Positions 50,612-61,035 are shown, counted from the stretch's first letter. The stretch is 64,000 nt of DNA from an uncultured delta proteobacterium (GCA_963847445.1 CAWJZV010000046.1:160001-224000); one strand, 5' to 3'. Made by a program: numbers and translations. Notes: generated from the letters alone by a model not told the origin.

Positions 50612-53301
50612 TCATTCGCCATACTGCTGAATCAGCTTCGCCACCAGCGCGGTCCAGCCGGTTTGGTGGCTGGCGCCGATGCCGGCGCCGTTGTCGCCGT
50701 GGAAGTATTCGTGGAACGGGATCAGGTCGCGCCAGTGGGGGTCGTTCTGGAATTTTTCCGTGCCGCCGAAGACCGGCCGGTGGCCGTTTTGATCTTCAGT
50801 GAAAATACGCGTCAGGCGTTGGGATAACTCACCGGCGACCTCCCAGAGATTCATCTTGTTGCCCGGAGCCGGTGGGACATTCGACTTTGAAGTTGTCGCC
50901 GAGAAAGTAATGAAATTTCTGCAGCGACTCGATGAGTAGAATAATTGACCGGAAACCAGATCGGGCCGCGCCAGTTGGAGTTGCCGCCGAACAGACCGGT
51001 GCTCGATTCCGCCGGCTCGTAGTCGACGCGGTAGTCCATGCCGTTGACTTTGAGCGTGTATGGATGGTCGCGATGGTAGCGCGAGAGCGGCGCGGATGCC
51101 GTAGGGCGACAGGAATTCATTTTCATCCAACATGTAATGCGAGCACGCGCTTCAGACGATGCCGGTTGACCAGCGAGAGAAAGCGGCGCGGCCCGTCATC
51201 CGTCGCTTGGGTTTCGATATGGTCGCTCAGCTCCGGGCGGTTCTCGATGAACCATTGCATGCGCCGTTTGAAGCCGGGCAACTTGTCGATCAACGGTCTG
51301 GGTCCAGAGTTTCCACGGCGAATAGCGGAATCAGGCCCGACCAGGGAGCGGACTTTCAAGGGCGACCGTTCTCCGTTCGGCAGGGACAAGCACATCGTAG
51401 AAAAATCCGTCTTTGGCGTCCCACAGCTCGATGTTCTCGCCGCCGAGGTTGTTCATGGCGCTCGCAGATGTAGACAAAATGCTCGAAGAACTTGCTCGCG
51501 ACATCTTCGTAGGCGGGGTTGTCCTTGGCCAATTCCAATGCGATTGCCAGCATGTTGAGACAATACATGCCCATCCAGCTGGTGCCGTCGGACTGCTCGA
51601 TGTGGCCGCCGGTGGGCAGCGGCGCGCTGCGGTCGAAGACGCCGATGTTGTCGAGGCCCGAGAAAGCCACCCTGGAAAACGTTTCTGCCGTCGGCGTCCT
51701 TGCGGTTGACCCACCAGGTGAAATTGAGCATCAGCTTCTGAAAAATCCGCTCAAGAAACTTGCGGTCGCCTTCGCCGCGCCGTTTCATCTCGACTTTGTA
51801 GACACGCCAGGCGGCCCAGGCGTGGACCGGCGGATTGACATCGCCAAAGGCCCACTCGTAGGCCGGCAGCTGGCCGTTGGGATGCATGTACCACTCGCGG
51901 GTCATGAGCAGTAACTGCTCCTTGGCGAAGGCCGAGTCGACGATCGCCAGGGCGACGCAGTGAAAGGCCAGATCCCAAGCGGCGTACCAGGGATACTCCC
52001 ACTTGTCGGGCATCGAGATGACATCCGCGTTGTAGAGGTGGCGCCACTCGTGATTGCGGCCGGCGGCGCGCTCCTTGGGCGGATCGGCGGCGCCAGGGTC
52101 GCCTTTGATCCAACGATTGACGTCGTAGTAGTAAAACTGTTTGCTCCACAGCAGTCCGCCCAAGGCTTGGCGCATGACGTTCTTGCGGTCCGCGGGCGCG
52201 CCATCGGGAATCACCGTGGCGTAAAACTCATCCGCTTCATCTCGCCGTTGCGTGAATAATTCTTCGAACTTGCCGTCGAATGCGTTAAGTTTGCGCGGGG
52301 CCGCCGTCGCTCAGGCGCAGTCGCACCGCGATCGTCTGGCCAGGCGCGACGGTCATCTGATAATGCGCCGCGGCCTTGGTGCCGGTCGCTGCCGGATTGA
52401 CCGCCTGTTTGGCGCCGTGAACGACATATTCGTTGATGCCGTCTTTTACGTAGGCCGCGTCGTTTTCCAAACCATAGATGCGCTGCGCATTGGTTTCGTT
52501 CTCGGTGAACAGCAACTCGGGCCTGCCTTCGCAGTAGAGCCAACGGTTGCCATAGTAGTTTTGATTGAGCTTGATCGCCGTGACTTCGGCGGCTTCCTCG
52601 CGGTTGAGTCTGGGCTTGCGCGCGTCCAAGCCCCAGGACCACGTGTTGCGGAACCAGACAGTCGGCAGGAGGTGCAACGGCGCGGCCTCCGTGCCGCGAT
52701 TGGTGGCCTCGATGCGGATCAAGATATCGTCAGTGCCGGCCTTGGCGTATTCGATGACTACGTCGAAATAGCGGTTGTCGTCGAAGATGCCGGTGTCGAT
52801 CAGTTCGAACTCCAGATCGCCTTTGCCGCGCCGGCGGTTTTCTTCGACCAACCGCCCGTAGGGAAATTCTGCTTGCGGGTACTTGTAGAGGAATTTCATG
52901 TAGGAGTGGGTCGGCGTCGAGTCGAGATAAAAATAATACTCTTTAACGTCTTCGCCGTGGTTGCCCTCGTTACCGGTGAGACCGAAGAGGCGTTCTTTCA
53001 GAATTGCATCCTTGCCGTTCCACAGGGCCAGGGCAAAACAAATATACTGATGGCGGTCGCAGATGCCGCCGAGCCCGTCTTCGCCCCAGCGGTAAGCGCG
53101 GCTGCGCGCGTGATCGTGCGGGAACGAATCCCACGCGGTGCCGTCGGCACTGTAGTCTTCGCGCACCGTGCCCCACTGGCGCTCGGACAAGTAGGGTCCC
53201 CAGCGTTTCCAGTTGGCTTTACGGGTGAGGTCCTGATGCAGGCGAAGTTCTTCCTGGGTCACCGGGTTTTTCCTAGATCGAGTGGCATTCTTCAAAGCCA
53301 T
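50612..53301 (-). CDS. GH63/MGH1-like glucosidase (multiple indels)
   Basis: [60 protein letters not shown] and [22 protein letters not shown]. Confidence 0.9.
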
Positions 53302-53340
53302 TTTAGCACATCCTGTGTGAATCGGAGTTGCGGATTGAGA

Positions 53341-53377
53341 GTTCAAGCCGTTCAAAATGTTCAAATCGTTCAAGCCG
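53341..53377. repeat. GTTCAAnnn x4 tandem (half element)
   Basis: GTTCAAGCCGTTCAAAATGTTCAAATCGTTCAAGCCG; same family as 26612. Confidence 0.8.
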
Positions 53378-53787
53378 GTCGATTCGGGCATGACCCGGAG
53401 CACCGCTAAGTGCGAAGTGCTTCTGTCAATTTTTCGACAGAGCGCGGAAATAGCCGCGCAAATCTCATGTATGAAAACTAGAGCCAGCCGATGTCGGCAG
53501 TCGTCACTCTCCCTTGGGATTTTTAAGACGCCGGCGCTTCGCTATCGTCTCTCGTGAAAAATTTCTCGCGGTAGTGCAACATGGACGGATAGAATTGTCA
53601 TCGGCACTCCGTTTAGATGCCGCGGTCTCGCGATTGGGTGCGAAGTTTAAGGTCTTTCGTTCGCCAGCACGACAGGATCGAAGCGTAACAATTCGGCGAG
53701 CGACCATGGCTGAAACGGACAGCGGTGCTAGCGAGCGCAGACCAAGAGGCGTCCACGCACTCATGATAGCGAGGGAACCCTATTCCA

Positions 53788-54840
53788 TCACCTCTCGATT
53801 ACTTGTAATCCGTGGCCGTCGGGGTCGCGCGTCAGAAAGCCCTTTGCGAAGCCTAGGCTTTTCTCCGGCAACTGCGCAACGCTCGGCGAAACCAAGCGGC
53901 GCTTCGCTAAGCGCAATTTTTCTGCGGCGTTGGCCGCGTTGTCAGTCGTCAGAGTGGTCTGCCAGTGCCAAAGATCGTTGGCCCGGGTGTCTTTCGGTGC
54001 GGGACGCCCGTCGCGCGGGGTCAAATATTCCAAGAATTCTATGCCGGGGCCGACGGCCGCCTTGAGCCCGCTGATATGTAAACGGGCACCGGCGACGTTG
54101 TTCAAATGCTCCTGTTCGGTGCCGTAGTTCGTGCTTTCGCCGGCGAGCTTCAGGCCGAGCAGGTCGCGATAGTATTTCAAACTGTTTTGCGTGCTCGACA
54201 CGACGATGGCGGTGTGGTCGATGCCGAGAAATAGTTTGTCGCCGCTGTTTTGCCAGCGCGGATCGCCCTTGCCGGCGGGAAAATAAATGATCTCCAGATT
54301 GTGCCCGTCGGGATCTTTGAAATAGAAAGCGCGAATGCCGGCGGCGGCTTTATTCGTCATTGGAATTGTCTGAGGTCCAGTTGACGCATGGCGGACTTTG
54401 TGATTGCGCAGCTGCTGGTAAGCCTTGTCCATATCCTTGACGACAATCGCGATATGCTGAAACCAATGATCGTGGCTGCGCCAGTCGGCTGGAATCGGCC
54501 GCCCTTCCGGCGCTAAATACTGAGTCAGCTCAATCATTTCAGCGCCGAGCTTCATGCGTGCCACGCGCATGCGCAGACCGAATACTCCCTGCAATTTCTC
54601 ATACTCGCTGCCATGGACTTCAACGTCGCTGATCTTTTCGAAGTTCAAAACTTTGGAGAAGAATTCTAGTGAACGATCGATATCTGATACAGTCATGCCG
54701 ACAGCGTCGACCGACTTCGCTAGCTGCGCTAGCGAATCGGCAGTAAAAAGGAAAAAGTAAAAAGGTAAAAATAAAAATAGGCAGACAAACTGTGGCGATC
54801 TGCTTTGTCTGTTCGGAATTCTTAATTTTGCCTTTTGCAT
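53788..54840 (-). CDS. Exported two-domain VOC/glyoxalase-fold protein
   Basis: VGMTVSD..RSLEFF, FQHIAIVV, YFKDPDGHNLE, GIDHTAIVV, IEFLEY and RDPDGH. Confidence 0.88.
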   Translation of the reverse strand: MQKAKLRIPNRQSRSPQFVCLFLFLPFYFFLFTADSLAQLAKSVDAVGMTVSDIDRSLEFFSKVLNFEKISDVEVHGSEYEKLQGVFGLRMRVARMKLGAEMIELTQYLAPEGRPIPADWRSHDHWFQHIAIVVKDMDKAYQQLRNHKVRHASTGPQTIPMTNKAAAGIRAFYFKDPDGHNLEIIYFPAGKGDPRWQNSGDKLFLGIDHTAIVVSSTQNSLKYYRDLLGLKLAGESTNYGTEQEHLNNVAGARLHISGLKAAVGPGIEFLEYLTPRDGRPAPKDTRANDLWHWQTTLTTDNAANAAEKLRLAKRRLVSPSVAQLPEKSLGFAKGFLTRDPDGHGLQVIER

Positions 54841-54858
54841 TTTACCTTTTGCCTTTTT
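54744..54858. repeat. 7-bp-period inverted tandem repeat (AAAAGGn / nCCTTTT)
   Basis: TAAAAAGGAAAAAGTAAAAAGGTAAAAA ... TTTTGCCTTTTGCATTTTACCTTTTGCCTTTTT; overlaps the VOC N-terminus. Confidence 0.8.
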
Positions 54859-56429
54859 ACTTAAGTCGTTCGATCAGGTGCTCGCCGACTCGCAGCGCGT
54901 TCGCCATGATCGTCAGCGCCGGATTGACCGCGCCGCTGGAGACGAAGAAGCTGCCGTCGACGACGTAGAGATTGTCCAATTCGTGGGCCTTGCAGTTGGC
55001 GTCGAGTGCGCTCGTCTTGGGATCGTTGCCGAATCGCACAGTACCGACTTGATGGGCGACGCCGGCGAGGGGGATGCGCTGGCCGGCGAACAGGTTACGC
55101 GAAAACAAACCTTCGTGGCAGTCGTGGCCGTGCACGCCGCACTTGGTTTGCTGCTGCATCAGATCTTTGAGTTTAGCGATCAGCCGTTTGTGGCCTTCCT
55201 GGTTATTCGGCGTGTAACTCAGGACAATGCGGCCTTGGCTATCGAGGGTCACTCGGTTATTGGGGTCGGGGAGATCTTCGGAAGTCAGCCAGAAGTCGAG
55301 GGAGTGCTTTGCCATTAAGTCTAAACTCCAACCTGGCGCAATCGCCGGGGCGCCGGCCCTGAGCGTCGCGCCGTCGAGCTTGCCGACAAACGAGATGTGG
55401 CCCATCGGATAATTCCAACCGGCGGCGCCAAAGTAAAAGTCGTTGATCGAAAGCGATTTCTGAAAGATCGTCGGGTTGGGACATTTCGACAGCGCCATTA
55501 TTACTGAATTGATATGGCCCATGTAGTGGCGGCCGACGGTATCCGAGCCGTTGGCCAAGCCGCGCGGGTGTCTGGTCGTTTCTCGAGCGCAGTAGCAACG
55601 CCGCCGAGTTGATCGCGCCGCAGGCCGAGACGACGATGTCGGCGGACAGTTCTTCGTTGCTGCCGTTGTGATTGACGATGACTTTCGACACGCGCCGGCC
55701 CGAGGCGTCGGTTGCCAATTTATCAACGTAGGCATTGGTCATGAGCGAGACATTTTCATGTTCGAGTGCCGGATCGACGGCGCAAACTTGTGCGTCCGCT
55801 TTTGCATAGACCAAGCAGGGGAAGCCGTCACAGGTCTCGCAGCGGATGCACTTACTGGCGCACGGATTCTTTTCATCCAACATCACACCCAACGGTGTGT
55901 GAAAAGGACGCAGCCCGAGCCGCGCCAAGTCATCGGACAACTGCTGAATGCGCGGCTCATGGCTGACCGGGGGTTGGGGGTAGGGGCGGGATGCCGGCGG
56001 TTCCGTGGGATCTTCGTTGCGTTGGCCGTGAACGTGATATAGCGCTTCAGCCTCGCTGTAATAGGGCTCCATGTCATCGTAAGAAATCGGCCACGCCGGC
56101 GAAATGCCACCGTGGTGCTTGATCTCGCCAAAGTCCTCCTTGCGCAGGCGAAATAGCGCCGCACCGAAAAACTTGGTATTGCCGCCGACGTAATAATTGA
56201 TATGCGGATGAAGTTCTTTGCCGTCCTTGTCGAACCATTTTTCTTTGGTTTGATACTTGCCGTCGAGATTGACCGCCTTGGGACTCCAGTTGTCCTTTTC
56301 CCGCGGCACGTAATCGCCCCGTTCGACGATCAATATGCGTTTCCCCGACGGCGCCAGCTTGTGCGCTAGCGTGCCGCCGCCAGCGCCGCTGCCGATGATG
56401 ATCACGTCGTAATGGTTTTGATCTGGCAT
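54857..56429 (-). CDS. GMC-family FAD oxidoreductase with Cys cluster (one indel)
   Basis: IIGSGAGGG, VGGNTKF, CIRCETCDGFPC, GAINSA, AHQVGT and VDGSFF.SSGAVNPALTI. Confidence 0.92.
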
Positions 56430-56593
56430 GTTTAGCTCCGTAATATAAAAGCGCCGGACGGATGCGATGTTTTGGCTTGGTCATTGCTAAATGCTGGGGT
56501 GGTTCGATTCGATGGGTACAATTTGAAATAAATTTGCCTCACTTAATTGGAAGATGCACCACAGAGAACACCGAGAACCCAGAGCATTTCTTT

Positions 56594-57070
56594 TCAAGAC
56601 AACGGCGCCAGGCCGAAATTGACGCCGAAGCGAGCGCACCAGATCGTGACGCTCTTAAACTTGGCCAAGTCCACGTCGGCTGGGATGTCGTAGTTCTGGT
56701 CGCCTTTGTTGCCTTTCATCGAGCCCAGGTCGACGAAGCCGACGGCTTTGATGGCGTCACTGCCTTTTCCGACCTCGGCAGCGGTTAAATAGACATGAAC
56801 GTCGGGACCGTTGGAGGTTTCGAACTCGGTCAGCCGCAGCGTCTGTTTGCCGTCGGCGAGCTTGTAGATGGTCGCCAAACCTTTGGTTTCATGGGCCAGG
56901 CTCTTGAAGTTGCCCCTTGCCAGAGACATGGGCCCCGAAGCGAACTGGCCTCCAGCGGGAAATTGTTCATTGACGTGTTTGTTGACGAATAGCAGCTCGG
57001 GGCGGAAGGCGTACCAGGCGATGGCCAATGCGGCGATGCCGGCGCCGATGACGATATTGCGCTTATTCAT
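56594..57070 (-). CDS. DM13-domain membrane-anchored protein
   Basis: N-terminal TM, FRPELLF, HETKG, NGPDVHVYL, LG..KGNKGDQNY and IWCARFGVNFG. Confidence 0.9.
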   Translation of the reverse strand: MNKRNIVIGAGIAALAIAWYAFRPELLFVNKHVNEQFPAGGQFASGPMSLARGNFKSLAHETKGLATIYKLADGKQTLRLTEFETSNGPDVHVYLTAAEVGKGSDAIKAVGFVDLGSMKGNKGDQNYDIPADVDLAKFKSVTIWCARFGVNFGLAPLS

Positions 57071-57344
57071 GAGTTCCTCCTGCAATAAACCTTCAGCAAT
57101 TTTAAAGTCTGCGTCATATAACGGATCGTGTCTCAGCCGCGGTCTCGATACGATTTGGCTTGTTAGATGTGGGATGAAGCGGAAAGGATGCGCTAACGGC
57201 CCGAACGGTTCAACGCGTTACAAGCCGCCCAGACAGTCGAGCGAGCCGGGTGCATGTGTCGTAGAGTCTCATGTGTCCTTGCGCCGGATGAGTGGTCACC
57301 ATAGAATTTGATCATTCGCTTGGGTATTGGTTAGCGCGAGCACT

Positions 57345-57941
57345 ATGAACATCATCTTCGATCTTGGCGGAGTCGTCGTGCGCTGGGAGCCGGAGGCGCT
57401 GCTGGCGCAGACCTTCGACGACCCTGCCGTATGCAGAGTTGTTCATTCCGAGTTCATCGGCCATGCCGACTGGCTTGAACTTGACCGTGGCACGATGCCG
57501 CCGGCGGAAGCGATCATGCGAGCCGCGCGGCGCACCGGACTCTCCGAGCCGGAGGTGCGTCGCTTTCTAACCAGCGTGCCCCCGGCATTGGTTCCCATTG
57601 CCGGCACGGTGGAACTACTCTACCGATTGAAAGCCCAGGGCCACTCGCTCTACTGCCTGTCGAACATGCATTTTGCATCCATCGAGTATCTCGAACGGTC
57701 GTATGCGTTTTGGGAGGTCTTCAGCGGCAAGGTGATTTCCTGCCGCGTCCGCCTATGTAAGCCCGAAGCGAAAATCTACGCGCACTTGCTGGAGACTTTC
57801 CAACTGGAGCCGGCGGAAACTGTTTTTGTCGACGATATCGAAGTCAATCTAGCCGCCGCACGCCAATTCGGCATTCGGACGATCCGGTTCGAGAGTTCAG
57901 CCCAATGCGCTGGCGAACTCAGGGCGTTAGGTTGTATTTAA
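57345..57941 (+). CDS. HAD-family phosphatase
   Basis: IFDLGGV, LSN, KPE..IY and FVDD. Confidence 0.92.
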   Translation: MNIIFDLGGVVVRWEPEALLAQTFDDPAVCRVVHSEFIGHADWLELDRGTMPPAEAIMRAARRTGLSEPEVRRFLTSVPPALVPIAGTVELLYRLKAQGHSLYCLSNMHFASIEYLERSYAFWEVFSGKVISCRVRLCKPEAKIYAHLLETFQLEPAETVFVDDIEVNLAAARQFGIRTIRFESSAQCAGELRALGCI

Positions 57942-57979
57942 GGATTCTGCCATCAACGTAGGGAAAGGAGCCTTTAGCT

Positions 57980-58373
57980 ATGCCACGAAACATCATCATG
58001 GCCGCTTCGCTGCCGGCGACTCCAGATAAACTTTTCGACATGTATCTCGATGCCGAGGCGCACGCGGCGTTTACTGGGATGCCAGTGACTTTGGAGCCAC
58101 AGCCCGGGCGGCGTGTTTCGTGCCTTCGACGGCATGATTTCAGGCACTATCCTGCACGTTCTGCCGCAGTCGTTGATCGTGCAGACCTGGCGCTCGGCGA
58201 GTTGGCCGCTGACGGCGATGGACTCGGTGCTGACGTTGTCATTCTGGCCGGCGGAAGACGGTGCGCGGATTGAGTTGGTCCACGTCAACGTTGACGATGA
58301 AGACTTCGCCGGCGTCAGCCAGGGTTGGGAGAAGTATTACTGGACGCCTTGGCGGGCTTATTTGACCAAGTAG
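57980..58373 (+). CDS. SRPBCC/AHSA1 domain protein (one indel)
   Basis: F.AFDG.ISG, IVQTWR and GWEKYYW.PW. Confidence 0.87.
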
Positions 58374-58419
58374 ATTCGGCGCTAGGTTCTCACTCCATTG
58401 ATTGTTAACTTCTTCACAA

Positions 58420-58760
58420 GCGGCTACCGGCGTGTTGGTGACCTCCTTTGTCGCGCCGGCTTGTCCGCAGCGCCATCAGTTCGTCAGCACGCATTCTGTC
58501 GTGATGACGATCCAGCATGGCCTCAAGATCGTCACCTTCACGCTTTTGGGATCGCCTTCGGTCCCTACATCGCGCATTTGATTGGGCTGGTCACCTTTTG
58601 CTTCATCGGCAGCTATGCCGGCACGCTTTTGTTCAACCGCTAACCAGCGCGGAGTTTTCGCGTGGCCCTGAAAGCGACGCTAACCGTGCCGGCGTTGCAG
58701 CTGCTATATTCGGCCTTGCGCGAAACTCTCAGATCATCGCCTGGTGGTTTGAAATCGCTA
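58420..58760 (+). pseudogene. Degraded TauE/SafE-family exporter C-terminal remnant
   Basis: Manual reading ATG....RHQFVSTH...MTIQHGLKIVTF..GIAFGPY...GSYAG.LLFNR*PARSFR.ALK..LT; no start, internal stop and indels. Confidence 0.5.
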
Positions 58761-58785
58761 GATCCCAATTGTTTCGCAATTCTAG

Positions 58786-59514
58786 TTAGCGCATTCCCGA
58801 GTAGCTGTTCACCGTCGCGTGCAAATTGCGGGCGAAGTCGGTGGCGGCCTGGGTGCTGAGGCTGAACGCCGTGCGGGCATATTCTTTGACAGCGAGGACG
58901 GCTGCGAGCGGCATGGATTTGAAATGGTCGACCAGACGATTGACGCCGGCGTCCAATTCGCTATGGGCGACGACATCGCTGACCAGCGCGTAGGTGAGCG
59001 CTTTGTCGGCGTCGATTTCTTGCGCCGAGTAGATCATGAAGGTGGCCGCCTTGCGCGGCATGCGGTCGACGAGAGCGGAGAAGGCGATGGTCGGCATGAT
59101 TTTATGCGCGGTTTCCGGAAACGAGAAACGCGCCTTATCGCTGGCGATGGTGATGTCGCACAGCGCCGCGAGGGCGCAGCCGAGTCCAACGGCTCGGCCC
59201 TGGACGACGCCGACGATCGGCACTTTGGCGTTGCGAAAGGCGCCGTAGAGATTGAAGATCGTCTCGCTGCGCTCGCGCACGGCGTAGGCTTCCGGACCGG
59301 GAGTCGGCGGCGCCACACCCATGGAGTCGCGGCCCAAGCAGAAATCATCGCCGGCGCCTTTGAAAATAATCAGCCGCGAGGACTTGGCCGCGTCGTCGAA
59401 CATCTGGGTCACCTGCGCCCAGGTGGCGTCGCTCTGGCGGTTGCCGACTTCCGGTCGATTCAACATGATGGTCGTGATGTCATTTTCTTTGGTTACGAGT
59501 ACGGGATCAGCCAT
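58786..59514 (-). CDS. Enoyl-CoA hydratase/isomerase family protein
   Basis: LNRPEVGN, FCLG.D, VQGRAVGLG, LCDI.IAS and FSFPE. Confidence 0.9.
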   Translation of the reverse strand: MADPVLVTKENDITTIMLNRPEVGNRQSDATWAQVTQMFDDAAKSSRLIIFKGAGDDFCLGRDSMGVAPPTPGPEAYAVRERSETIFNLYGAFRNAKVPIVGVVQGRAVGLGCALAALCDITIASDKARFSFPETAHKIMPTIAFSALVDRMPRKAATFMIYSAQEIDADKALTYALVSDVVAHSELDAGVNRLVDHFKSMPLAAVLAVKEYARTAFSLSTQAATDFARNLHATVNSYSGMR

Positions 59515-59592
59515 GGTTCTTCCTCCAATGTTTGGTCGGCTCACTTTAGGGGAGGCGTGGCGCAGCTGTCAACGGCTTCAACTGCGCTGCGC

Positions 59593-59628
59593 GTTCCAGT
59601 CGTTCCATGGGTTCCAAACGTTCCAAGT
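59593..59628. repeat. GTTCCAnnn x4 tandem
   Basis: GTTCCAGTCGTTCCATGGGTTCCAAACGTTCCAAGT; a variant of the GTTCAA family. Confidence 0.7.
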
Positions 59629-59735
59629 GTTTACATCGCTGATGATTTGCCAATACGCGACCCTTTCATCTTGCGAAGAAATTGTTTTCAAAATAGAGTC
59701 TCGGCCATTGAATATACCAACCGTTGGAGGGTGTT

Positions 59736-60140
59736 ATGGCTGAACAAACTTTGCAGGGAAGTTGTTTGTGCAAATCAGTGCGCTACGAAGTGACCACGCC
59801 GTTCATGCGCTTCGGCCACTGCTATTGCTCGCGCTGCCGCAAGGCGACGGGCGGGGTGCGCTCGACTAATATTGCCGTGCCGATCGCGCAGTTTCGCTGG
59901 ACTCAGGGTGAAAGCTTGATTAAGCGATTCGACCTGCCCGAAGCGAAAAGTTTCGCCCGGCAAATTTGCAGTAACTGCAATTGTCCGATCCCGCACGCGT
60001 CGCGTGACGGCACGCGGGCTCTCGTTCCTGCCGGCACGCTCGACGATGTCCCGCCGGGCAAACCTTCGGTGCACGGGCACTGGAGCAGCCGGGTCAGTTT
60101 CGTCGCGAACAACGAGTCGGATTTGCCGTGCGAAAATTAG
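59736..60140 (+). CDS. GFA/CENP-V family Zn-binding protein
   Basis: GSCLC, HCYCSRCRK and CSNC. Confidence 0.9.
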   Translation: MAEQTLQGSCLCKSVRYEVTTPFMRFGHCYCSRCRKATGGVRSTNIAVPIAQFRWTQGESLIKRFDLPEAKSFARQICSNCNCPIPHASRDGTRALVPAGTLDDVPPGKPSVHGHWSSRVSFVANNESDLPCEN

Positions 60141-60141
60141 C

Positions 60142-60441
60142 ATGTTGACGACGGCGGTAGGGCGGCTGCGCGCGGTGGGGATGGTCGAAGCGGTTTCCTT
60201 TCTTCTGCTGCTGGGCGTGGCGATGCCGCTCAAGTATTTCGCCGGCCTGCCGCTGGCGGTGAAGATCGCCGGCTGGATTCATGGATTGCTTTTCATCGCT
60301 TTCGGCGTGTGCTTGCTGGTGGCCCATGGCGAACGCCGGTGGCCGATGCGCTGGACCGCATTGGTTTTTGTCGCGGCGCTATTGCCGTTCGGGCCGTTTG
60401 TCATCGACCGGCGGCTCAAGATTGAACAATCGAAGCTTTAA
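60142..60441 (+). CDS. DUF3817-like small membrane protein
   Basis: EAVSFLLLLGVAMPLKY, HGLLF and LLPFGPF. Confidence 0.85.
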   Translation: MLTTAVGRLRAVGMVEAVSFLLLLGVAMPLKYFAGLPLAVKIAGWIHGLLFIAFGVCLLVAHGERRWPMRWTALVFVAALLPFGPFVIDRRLKIEQSKL

Positions 60442-60461
60442 ATTTAGCGCAAGGAGTAAAA

Positions 60462-60953
60462 ATGGCTGACGAAATGCAGGTGAATCGCGATATCGTTATC
60501 GAGGCCGACGCGGAGTCCATCGAGCGCATGCGCAAGGAAGGGCATGTGCGCGGCTTCACGGTTTTCTGCGACGAGCAACAACGCACCGGCGGCGACAACT
60601 CGGCGCCGTCGCCGATGGGCTATTTCGCACTTTCGGTGGCGTTTTGACTGCTCACCCAAGTTTCCCGGTACGGGGAAATGATGAAGGTGAAAGTCGACAA
60701 GATGAAGATCTATGTGACCACGCGTTTCCGCGCCGAAGGCTCGGTGCTGCGCGAGACCATCAAGTCGGGCGGTGTCGGCGTCGAGATGCGCAGTGAGATT
60801 TCATCCAGTGCGCCGGCGGATCGCGTTGCGGCGCTGATCCGCAACGCCGAAGCGGGTTGCTACATCATGCAGACGATTCTGAATCCGACGCCGGTGACAC
60901 GCCAGTTCACTTTCAACGGCGAGGCGTTCGATCCCGATAGTTACAAAAAATAA
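60462..60953 (+). CDS. OsmC-like selenoprotein (split in the ORF track)
   Basis: DE....GG.NSAPSPMGYFALSVAF-U(TGA 60645-60647)-LLTQVSRYGEMMKV... continues in frame into ORF 60678-60953, which has AEAGCYIMQTI; 163 aa; RBS AAGGAG. Confidence 0.88.
60646..60695 (+). promoter_or_regulatory. Putative bacterial SECIS element
   Basis: Upper stem TTTCCCG-GTA-CGGGGAAA (60661-60678) with a G-leading loop about 20 nt after the UGA; lower stems TCACC/GGTGA and GACT/AGTC. Confidence 0.72.
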
Positions 60954-60980
60954 TCATTCGCCGGCAACCGTAGAACCACG

Positions 60981-61012
60981 TCAAAGGCCCGCATCTGTGG
61001 GCCTTTGATTTT
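60981..61012 (+). terminator. Rho-independent terminator
   Basis: TCAAAGGCCC-GCATCTGT-GGGCCTTTGA-TTTT between convergent genes. Confidence 0.8.
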
Positions 61013-61035
61013 GCTGCCCTTCGCGGGATGAGAAC

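Noticed and set aside
53410-53780. Small ORFs between the glucosidase and VOC genes
   Set aside because: There is no recognisable motif or convincing RBS, so I left the region unassigned.
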